A stretch of 35,528 bases of DNA from Nitrospinota bacterium (GTDB taxonomy: Bacteria; UBA8248): NCBI GenBank assembly GCA_046581755.1, contig JAYGFR010000146.1, positions 1 through 35,528 on the forward strand, in the 5' to 3' direction. A model generated the notes under the pieces. That model did not search any database. It was not told the origin of the DNA and saw nothing but the letters and a program-made list of their open reading frames with translations. The first letter of the stretch is position 1, and the number at the start of each line of letters is the position of its first letter. The position numbers and the translations under genes are program-made. Below are positions 9,539 to 16,974 of this stretch, one piece after another.

Positions 9539-10293
9539 GCGAGGCGGTGCTCGAAGGGCGGGGGATCACCAAGCGCTTCGGCGGCCTGACGGCGGTCTCG
9601 GCGGTGGATTTCACCTTGCGCAAGGGCGAAATTCTCGGCCTGATCGGACCCAACGGCGCGGGGAAGACCACCCTCCTGAATTGCATCACGGGGTTCGACT
9701 CGCCGGACGAGGGCGAGGTTCTCTTGCAGGGGGAGCGGATCGAAACCCTCAAGCCACACGCCATCACGCGGAAGGGTATCGCCCGCACGTTTCAGATTGT
9801 CCAGCCGTTTCCGAGTCTCACCGTGCTGGACAACGTGACCATGGGAGCCCTGTTCGGCGCCCATAAAAAGGGGCAAGAAGTTGCCCGCGCGCGAGAGGCC
9901 GCGAAAGATAAACTCGAAATGGTCGGCCTGATCGAAAAGGCGGACCATTTGGCGTCCGAGCTTACCCTCGCCGAGCGAAAGCGGCTTGAACTGGCGAAAT
10001 CACTCGCCACCGAGCCCGAGATTCTTTTGCTCGACGAGGTGAATGCGGGGCTGAACCCGGCCGAGATTCAAGTCGCGATCTCACTGATCCAAAAGATCAG
10101 GGAGGGGGGCGTCACCATATTGGTGATCGAGCACCTGATGAAGGTCATTATGGGGCTCTCGGACCGCGTCATCGTTTTGCACCACGGGGAAAAAATCGCA
10201 GAAGGGCCTCCCCGGGAGGTGACGAGCGACGAGCGGGTGATCAAGGCGTATCTGGGCGATAAATACGCCGCAATGATGGACAAGATGAGCTGA
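9535..10293 (+). CDS. livG: HAAT ABC ATP-binding subunit
   Basis: KRFGGL, Walker A GPNGAGKTT, GIARTFQ, LLLDE, IEH and KAYLG motifs. ATGA overlap with livM. Confidence 0.92.
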   Translation: MSEAVLEGRGITKRFGGLTAVSAVDFTLRKGEILGLIGPNGAGKTTLLNCITGFDSPDEGEVLLQGERIETLKPHAITRKGIARTFQIVQPFPSLTVLDNVTMGALFGAHKKGQEVARAREAAKDKLEMVGLIEKADHLASELTLAERKRLELAKSLATEPEILLLDEVNAGLNPAEIQVAISLIQKIREGGVTILVIEHLMKVIMGLSDRVIVLHHGEKIAEGPPREVTSDERVIKAYLGDKYAAMMDKMS

Positions 10294-10309
10294 GGCGGGG
10301 CGCAAGGAT

Positions 10310-11047
10310 ATGACGGCATCACCGGAAAACGGAGCGAATCTGCTGGAGGTCCGGGATCTCCAGGGTGGATACGGCGACGTGCAGGTCCTCTGGGGGATCG
10401 GGCTCGATGTCAGAGCCGGTGAAATCGTTGCGATTGTGGGAAGCAACGGCGCCGGAAAATCGACCTTTTTGCGTATGCTCTCGGGCGTTCTGCCGCGCCG
10501 GGCGGGGACGGTTTTCCTCGAGGGCGAGTCCATGGAGGGCATGGGTCCCGACGTTGTCGTTGCGAAGGGGATTTCGCATGTGCCCGAGGGCCGAGGCCTC
10601 TTCGCGGCGATGAGTGTCGAGGAGAATTTGTTGATGGGCGGATACGCCCGGAACATGACGGATGATGAGCTCGGCGGGGAGCTCGACCGGGTGTACGGGT
10701 TTTTCCCGCGCCTGGCGGAGCGGAAAAACCAGCTGGCGGGAAGCATGTCGGGAGGGGAGCAGCAGATGTGCGCCATCGGGCGCGGGTTGATGGCGCGGCC
10801 CAAGCTTCTTCTTATCGACGAGCTTTCCCTCGGCCTGGCGCCCCGGCTGGTGGAGGAGCTTTGCGGATTTGTGAAGCAAATTAACGAGGAAGGGGTGACC
10901 ATCATGCTCGTGGAGCAGGATGTCCTGACGGCTTTCGAACTCGCCAGCCGGGCCTATGTATTCGAATCCGGGCGGGTGGCGATGTCTGGTCCGACGGGGG
11001 AGTTGCTGGAAAACCCCGAGGTGAAAAAAGCGTATCTGGGCATTTAG
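10310..11047 (+). CDS. livF: HAAT ABC ATP-binding subunit
   Basis: GSNGAGKST, HVPEGR, MSGGEQQM, LIDELSLGLAP and VEQ motifs. Confidence 0.92.
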   Translation: MTASPENGANLLEVRDLQGGYGDVQVLWGIGLDVRAGEIVAIVGSNGAGKSTFLRMLSGVLPRRAGTVFLEGESMEGMGPDVVVAKGISHVPEGRGLFAAMSVEENLLMGGYARNMTDDELGGELDRVYGFFPRLAERKNQLAGSMSGGEQQMCAIGRGLMARPKLLLIDELSLGLAPRLVEELCGFVKQINEEGVTIMLVEQDVLTAFELASRAYVFESGRVAMSGPTGELLENPEVKKAYLGI

Positions 11048-11135
11048 CCCGGTTGATTGGAGCGGAAACACAAGGGGCGGGCCTTGCTCGAATGCATGGC
11101 CCGGTGAAGTGAACATCCAATGGGAGGCGCATAAC

Positions 11136-12347
11136 ATGAAACGTCGTGGATTGTTGTTTACACTCGTTGCGGTATTCCTTTTTTCGCTGGCCGTGGCTGG
11201 AATTCCCGGTCCGCAAGAGGCCCAAGCGGCAAGAATGATCAAGCTGGGCGCGGCCCTGCCGCTCACGGGGCCCCTGGCCACCGAGGGCAAGAAGCAGCGG
11301 GCGGGTTATGAGATTTGGCGCGAGCGTGTGAACGCTCAGGGCGGCGTGAACGTCGGCGGCAAAAAGATGAAGGTCAAGATCATTTACTTCGATTATGAGA
11401 GCAAAACCCCCACGGCCACCAAGCTGGCCGAAAGGCTCATCACCCGGGAAAAGGTGGACCTGATTCTCGGTCCCTTCGGAAGCGGAGCGACCAAATCCGT
11501 CGGCGCCATCACCGAGCGCTATCAGATTCCCATGATCGCCCCGGTGGCCAGCTCCGAGCCGATTTTCAGCCAAGGCTACAAATATATGTTCGGGTTGCTG
11601 GCGCCGAACTCCTTTTTGCCCAACAACTTCTTTGCGCTTCTCAAAAAGCAGAACCCGAGGCCCAAAACGATGGCCTTCGCCACGCGGAATGACTTTTTCC
11701 CGCGCTATATCACCAAGGCGATTCGCTCGCAGGCGAAGAAACACGGATTCACGGATGTCTACTACGCCGAGTTCCCGAAGGACTCTAAAGACCACTCCAC
11801 CTGGCTCACGGTGGTGAAGGGCAAAAAGCCGGACGTCTTGATGATAGCGGGCTACCTGCCGGACACCCTGCTCGCCACCAAGCAGGCGAACGAGCTGGGC
11901 GTTAAACCGAAAATCCTGTTCACCATGGTCGGGCCGGTCTACTCGCAGTTCACCGATGCGCTCGGATCGACCGCGAACAACATTCTGACTGCGGCCTGGT
12001 GGGGAGAGGCGCTGGACTATAAGGGCAACTTTATCGGAACCGCCCAGGACTTCGGCAAGATCTGGAGAAAGAAATTCAACAAGGAGCCGGACTACGTGGC
12101 AGCGGCTTCGACGGCGGCGGGTATCGTGGCGCAGCGGGCTTTCGAGGCCGCCGGCTCCTTGAACAAGAAAAAAGTCCGGGACGCCATCGCCAATACCAAT
12201 ATCCAGACTTTCTTCGGTCCCGTGAAGTTCGATAAGCGCGGCCAAAACACCGCGAGCGCCATCGTTCTCTTTCAGGTGCAGGGCGGAAAGCGCAAGACGG
12301 TGTGGCCGCCGAGCGTGGCCAACGGCAAGTTCATTTACCCCAGATAA
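11136..12347 (+). CDS. HAAT ABC periplasmic substrate-binding protein (LivK/LivJ-like)
   Basis: Signal peptide ending near AQA. IKLGAALPLTG, VDLILGPFGSG and TFFGPVKFD motifs. GGAGG SD before ATG 11136. Confidence 0.9.
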   Translation: MKRRGLLFTLVAVFLFSLAVAGIPGPQEAQAARMIKLGAALPLTGPLATEGKKQRAGYEIWRERVNAQGGVNVGGKKMKVKIIYFDYESKTPTATKLAERLITREKVDLILGPFGSGATKSVGAITERYQIPMIAPVASSEPIFSQGYKYMFGLLAPNSFLPNNFFALLKKQNPRPKTMAFATRNDFFPRYITKAIRSQAKKHGFTDVYYAEFPKDSKDHSTWLTVVKGKKPDVLMIAGYLPDTLLATKQANELGVKPKILFTMVGPVYSQFTDALGSTANNILTAAWWGEALDYKGNFIGTAQDFGKIWRKKFNKEPDYVAAASTAAGIVAQRAFEAAGSLNKKKVRDAIANTNIQTFFGPVKFDKRGQNTASAIVLFQVQGGKRKTVWPPSVANGKFIYPR

Positions 12348-12362
12348 CAATCATCACCGGGC

Positions 12363-12397
12363 GGGTGCGCCGCTATGGAAATAATGGCGGCGCACCC
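12363..12397 (+). terminator. GC-rich stem-loop after the ABC binding-protein gene (mRNA-stabilising hairpin or weak terminator)
   Basis: GGGTGCGCCGC (12363-12373) pairs with GCGGCGCACCC (12387-12397) as a perfect 11-bp stem, extendable by 3 bp. There is no U-tract. Confidence 0.6.
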
Positions 12398-12417
12398 ATT
12401 CCCAAAGGCGGATCGAC

Positions 12418-13221
12418 ATGCCGACTATCCGGCTACCGAACGATGACGAAGTGCCCGAAGCGGCCAGAGAGCTGGTTAAGCGGATCAAGACCCGCGAAAA
12501 GCGCGTGTTCGGGATCGATACGCTTTCGAACGTCTGGCGGGCGATGGCCCATCATCCCGAATACATGCACGCGAATTGGGAACGATCTCGCGCGACCATG
12601 CAGCGGGGCGATGTGCCTCCGCTCATCAAGGAGATGGTCGCCTCGTCGGTTTCGGTCATGAATGCGTGCGAGTACTGAATGGACTCTCATATCGCCGCGG
12701 TCATGCGGATGGGAATTGATGAGAAGGGAATTACAGAGCTGATCGGCCTTGCGGATCACGTATCGGGTATGAACAAGGTCGCTTTCGGCCTCTTGCTGGA
12801 TGAGGAGGACGGGGACGGCGCGCCGCTCCTGCCCTATCCGGAGGAGAGCGAGATCGAACCCTCCGTCCGCGAGATGCTCTCCGAGGTGGAGGAGATGGAG
12901 TCGGCCCGGCTGGGCCGGCCGGGCGTGCCGGCCTACTGGCGCTCCCTGGCCCGGAACCGGCATTACTTCGGATCAACATGGAAAAAGCACCGCCTCATGC
13001 TGGACGGAGGGGTGCTCGATCCGGAGGCGAAGGCGGCGGTTGGCCTGGGCGTGAGCGCGACGAACGGGAGCCGCTATTTCATCCGGTATTTTCACGCGGC
13101 CCTGGTCAATATCGGCTGGGAGCCGGGGCGTATCCTGGAGATTTTCGGGGTGGTCGATCACTACAACAGCTTCAACACCCTGGCGACTGGGATGCAGATC
13201 GAGTCGGACATCAAGCCGTAA
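12418..13221 (+). CDS. AhpD/CMD-like peroxidase-fold selenoprotein, 267 aa, with Sec at the in-frame UGA 12676-12678
   Basis: Two abutting in-frame ORFs read ...KEMVASSVSVMNAC-E-Y-[TGA]-MDSH.... This matches the AhpD-like E-x-x-A-x-x-V-S-x-x-N-x-C-x-Y-C-x-x-x-H motif with UGA at the second Cys. A SECIS-like hairpin follows. Confidence 0.88.
12685..12714 (+). promoter_or_regulatory. Putative bacterial SECIS element
   Basis: Lower stem TCTCAT/ATGGGA (one G-U pair), ATCG bulge, upper stem CCGC/GCGG, and apical loop GGTCAT beginning with G, 20 nt after the UGA. Confidence 0.7.
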
Positions 13222-13252
13222 TACCGGCGAAACGCGCCGGAGAGGAAGGCCC

Positions 13253-14107
13253 ATGGAATACATACGCGCCTCGTCTGTCGATGAAGCCATTGCCGCCGCC
13301 GGGTCGGGCGCCGCCATCGTGGCGGGCGGGACGAACCTCGTGCCCGATGTGCTCTTCGGGCGGAACGCGGTGGAGCGGGTGGTCGATATCAGCCGCCTGG
13401 ACGAGTTGCGATTTATCGAAAGCGCCGGCGGTCGAATCCGCATGGGGGCGCTTGCGACGGTGACGGACCTGCTCGGATCGGACCTGATCCAGCGGGAGGC
13501 AACGCCGCTGCACGAGAGCGCCGTGGAATTCGCGGCCCCCCTGGTCCGCAACCGGGCCACGGTGGCGGGCAATATCATGGACGCATCTCCCGCCGCGGAC
13601 CTGGCTCCGCCCCTGCTCGCCCAGGACGCTGATGTTGAGCTGACCTCGGCGGCGGGCCGGCGGACTCTTCCGCTTTGCGAATTTTTCCTGGACTACCGGA
13701 AGACAGCCGTCCGGTCGGGGGAACTCGTGACGGCAATTTCGATACGCCCGCTGGGCGAGGGTGGCCGGGCCGCCTATTGCAAACTCCAGCTCCGGCGGGC
13801 GATGGCCATTTCAGTGGTGAGCGTGGCGGTCGCCCTTTGGATGAACGAGGACACCTGCGTGGACGCCGGCATAGGCCTCGGCGCCGCCGCCGCGGTGCCG
13901 TACCGGGCGGAAGCGGCCGAGGAGGCTTTGCGGGGCCGGGTGGTTGGCGAGGCGGAAATCGATGCGGCGGCGGACGCCGCCCGCGAGAGCGCATCGCCCA
14001 TCGATGATGTCCGTGCCTCGGTGGACTACCGGAGGAAAATGTGCGGGGTGCTTGTGCGGCGCATGTTGCGGAAGGCGATGGGATTGCCCGAGGCCGCGCG
14101 AGCGTGA
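13253..14107 (+). CDS. Xanthine dehydrogenase-family FAD-binding (medium) subunit
   Basis: VAGGTNL, VRNRATVAGNI..ASPAAD and PIDDVRASVDYR motifs. Confidence 0.92.
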   Translation: MEYIRASSVDEAIAAAGSGAAIVAGGTNLVPDVLFGRNAVERVVDISRLDELRFIESAGGRIRMGALATVTDLLGSDLIQREATPLHESAVEFAAPLVRNRATVAGNIMDASPAADLAPPLLAQDADVELTSAAGRRTLPLCEFFLDYRKTAVRSGELVTAISIRPLGEGGRAAYCKLQLRRAMAISVVSVAVALWMNEDTCVDAGIGLGAAAAVPYRAEAAEEALRGRVVGEAEIDAAADAARESASPIDDVRASVDYRRKMCGVLVRRMLRKAMGLPEAARA

Positions 14108-14144
14108 GGCGCGCCTTTTATCCGATGAATGAGGAAGTGGGACC

Positions 14145-14627
14145 ATGAGCGATTATGAGATTCGCCTGGTTGTGAACGGCAAGAGCGAGACGGTGACCGC
14201 CGAAGGCGGCGAAACCCTCCTTCGCGCATTGCGCAGGATGGGCCATGCCGATGTCAAACTCAGCTGCGAGGGCGGCGACTGCGGGGCATGCGCGGTGATT
14301 CTCGACGGAGTGGCCGTGAACGCCTGTCTGGTCTTCGCGGCTCAGGCGGATGGATGTGAGGTCACCACCGTCCGGGGAATCGGGACCGAGGACGGCCTTC
14401 ATCCGATCCAGCTCCGAATGATCGAAAAAGGCGGGGTGCAGTGCGGCTTCTGCACCCCCGGGGTGATCGTCTCCGCCAAGGCGCTCATCGACGAAAACCC
14501 GGACCCCACCCGGGAGGACATTCAGCGGGGCCTGGCTGGAAATCTTTGCCGCTGCACGGGCTACAAGAAAATTTTCGAGGCCGTCGAGGCGGCCGCCGGG
14601 GACATCCGGAAAGGAGACGGCGCATGA
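14145..14627 (+). CDS. Xanthine dehydrogenase-family (2Fe-2S)2 small subunit
   Basis: CEGGDCGAC...NAC, QCGFCTPG and GNLCRCTGY motifs. Confidence 0.95.
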   Translation: MSDYEIRLVVNGKSETVTAEGGETLLRALRRMGHADVKLSCEGGDCGACAVILDGVAVNACLVFAAQADGCEVTTVRGIGTEDGLHPIQLRMIEKGGVQCGFCTPGVIVSAKALIDENPDPTREDIQRGLAGNLCRCTGYKKIFEAVEAAAGDIRKGDGA

Positions 14628-16897
14628 GCGAGCGCATAATTGGCCGTCCCATGCCCATCATCGACGCCGTGGAGAAGGTCTCGGGCGCGACAGTTTTCAT
14701 CAACGACCTGGAGCTTCCCGGCGCGCTTGTCGGCAAGGCGCTCAGAAGTCCGCATCCCCACGCGAGGATTTTGAACATCGATACATCGCGGGCGGAGCGC
14801 CTTCCCGGGGTGGCGGCCGTGCTCTCGCGGAACAACACGCCGGAGGCGCCCTTCGGAATCAACATCAAGGATGAGGCCGCGTTCTGCCGGGAGAAGGTCC
14901 GCTACGAAGGCGACGAGGTGGCCGCCGTCGCGGCGGTGGACGAGGACACCGCGCGGGAGGCGCTTTCGCTTATCGAGGTGGAATACGAGGTTCTCCCCTC
15001 CGCGACGGACCCTTTCGCCGCCCTGGAAGAGGGGGCTCCCATCGTGCACGATTACGCCTCCGGAAACATCGCCAACCAGTTCCATATCAAGCGGGGCGAA
15101 ATCGACGAGGCGTTCAAGAACGCCGAGGCCGTCTTTTCGGACGATTTTCATACCCACTTCGCGCACCAGGCATATATCGAGCCCACCGGCTGCGCCGCCC
15201 GGTGGCATCCCGACGGGCGCATCTCTCTATGGGGCTGCCTCCAGTCGGTTTTCCTGATCCCCACCTTCATGCTCTCTCCGGTCATGGGGATGCCGGCCGG
15301 CAAATTTCGGGTGACGCAGACCAAGCCCGGGGGCGCTTTCGGCGGAAAGCTCGACGTGAAGGCCGCACTGATGGCGGCCATGCTCAGCCGGGCGGCCCAG
15401 AAGCCGGTGAGGTTCATGCTCTCCCTCGAGGAAGATCTCGTTTCCATGCGCCCCCGGATGCCGGTCCATATCTCCCTCGAATCCGCCTGGAATAAAAACG
15501 GCGCGCTGGCTGGAAAGCGGGTCAAAATCGTTGCCGAAAACGGCGCTTATTGCTCGCTTTCGCCTGCTATCATGAGCTCCATCGCGCTCCGCACCGATAA
15601 TCTCTACAAAACCCCGGCGGCGGAGATCGAGGGCAAGCTTGTTTACACCAACGTCATTCCCTCGGGACAGATGCGGGGTTTCGGCAACGTTCAGGCCACC
15701 TATTCATGGGAGAGTCACCTCGACAACGTGGCCGATGGCCTGGGGATCGACCCGGCGGAACTTCGCCTCAAAAACTATGTGGAAACGGGAGACCTCACCA
15801 TCCATGGCTGGAAGATCGAAAGCTGCGCCGTGGCAGACGCCACCAGATACGTGGTTGATAAAATTGATTGGAAGGCCAAGCGCGAACAGGGCGGCAAGGG
15901 ACGCGGGGTCGGTCTCGCGAGTTGCATCCACGTAACGGGCAACAAGGGCTTTTCCGCCGCACTCGGTCCCGACGGTACAGACCCATCGAGCGGGGTGGTG
16001 CGGATCGACGAAGAGGGCCAGGTGGAAATCTGGTCGGGCGAGTCCGACCTTGGCCAAGGCGCGACCAGCGTGATGGCTTACATCGCCTCGGAAGTCCTGG
16101 GAATTCCGGTTGCCCGCTTCAAGGTGCCCCCGACCGATACGGGCTACATGCCCTACGGGCTGGGGGCGTTCGCGAGCCGAATCACCCTCCTCGCGGGAAA
16201 CGCTGTCAAGCTCGCTGCCGAGGATGCCCGGAAGAACCTGCTCGAGGCGGCCGCCGAGGCGATGGAAATTCCAGCCTCCGACCTTGAGATCGTAGAGGGG
16301 GAGGTGATGGCGAAATCCCTCTCGGACCGGAGCATGCCGGTGGGAGAAGTTGTCCGGAAAGCCGGAAGCATCATCGAGGGCAGCGGAAAATGGCTGGCCG
16401 GGGGAGACGTTCTGGACGATCAAAAATACGGCAACCCCTCGACGACATACTCCTTCAGCACCCACGCCGCCGAGGTGGATGTCGATATGGAGACCGGGGT
16501 CGTCACCGTGCTTCAGATTTGCGCCGGGCACGATCCGGGCCGGGTCATCAACCGGCTCGGCGCGGAGGGCCAGGTCGAGGGCGGCGTGGTTCAGGGAATG
16601 AGCTACTCCATGATGGAGGGGCTCGCGCCGGACGCCGGCCATGTGCGCGGCCGGAATTTTCACGACTATCTCATCGCCACCTCGATGGATATCCCTCCGG
16701 TGGAGCACGAATTTTTTGAATCCATGGACCCGCATGGTCCATATGGAGCGAAGGGCCTGGCCGAGGTGGCGATCAATCCCATCACCGCCGCCATCTGCAA
16801 CGCCATCTATCACGCCACCGGCGCACGTGTGCGCTCGCTGCCCTTCACGCCTGAGCGTGTCCTGACGGCTATCGACGAGGTGCGCGCCGGATCGTAA
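14624..16897 (+). CDS. Xanthine dehydrogenase-family molybdopterin-binding large subunit
   Basis: Real start is ATG 14624 (ATGA overlap). LRSPHPHARI, GGAFGGK, MRGFG, DLGQG, FASR, GQVEGG and GAKGLAE motifs. Confidence 0.93.
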   Translation: MSERIIGRPMPIIDAVEKVSGATVFINDLELPGALVGKALRSPHPHARILNIDTSRAERLPGVAAVLSRNNTPEAPFGINIKDEAAFCREKVRYEGDEVAAVAAVDEDTAREALSLIEVEYEVLPSATDPFAALEEGAPIVHDYASGNIANQFHIKRGEIDEAFKNAEAVFSDDFHTHFAHQAYIEPTGCAARWHPDGRISLWGCLQSVFLIPTFMLSPVMGMPAGKFRVTQTKPGGAFGGKLDVKAALMAAMLSRAAQKPVRFMLSLEEDLVSMRPRMPVHISLESAWNKNGALAGKRVKIVAENGAYCSLSPAIMSSIALRTDNLYKTPAAEIEGKLVYTNVIPSGQMRGFGNVQATYSWESHLDNVADGLGIDPAELRLKNYVETGDLTIHGWKIESCAVADATRYVVDKIDWKAKREQGGKGRGVGLASCIHVTGNKGFSAALGPDGTDPSSGVVRIDEEGQVEIWSGESDLGQGATSVMAYIASEVLGIPVARFKVPPTDTGYMPYGLGAFASRITLLAGNAVKLAAEDARKNLLEAAAEAMEIPASDLEIVEGEVMAKSLSDRSMPVGEVVRKAGSIIEGSGKWLAGGDVLDDQKYGNPSTTYSFSTHAAEVDVDMETGVVTVLQICAGHDPGRVINRLGAEGQVEGGVVQGMSYSMMEGLAPDAGHVRGRNFHDYLIATSMDIPPVEHEFFESMDPHGPYGAKGLAEVAINPITAAICNAIYHATGARVRSLPFTPERVLTAIDEVRAGS

Positions 16898-16974
16898 GGG
16901 TCTCCAACAGCCGTCTGGGAAGCTGGGAATTGGGGGGGGATGGGGGGTCCATTCGCGGCGGCGGGGGGTGATGA

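Noticed and set aside
10902..12350. Long antisense ORFs (also 1422-2492, 22280-23704, 24683-26176, 31469-33088)
   Set aside because: They mirror well-supported genes. GC-rich codon bias suppresses stops on the opposite strand, and they show no motifs.
12418..13221. UGA read as Trp/Gly (alternative genetic code) or as a nonsense pseudogene
   Set aside because: UGA ends many other genes here at their expected C-termini. Its position at the catalytic Cys plus the SECIS-like hairpin favours Sec.
14441..14623. N-terminal extensions in the ORF track (also 19107-19478, 25665-25946, 7636-7686)
   Set aside because: They overlap upstream genes in another frame. Family similarity begins at the downstream ATGs.
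13253..16897. Aerobic CO dehydrogenase coxMSL
   Set aside because: The gene order matches, but the AYxCSFR/AYxGAGR active-site loop is absent.
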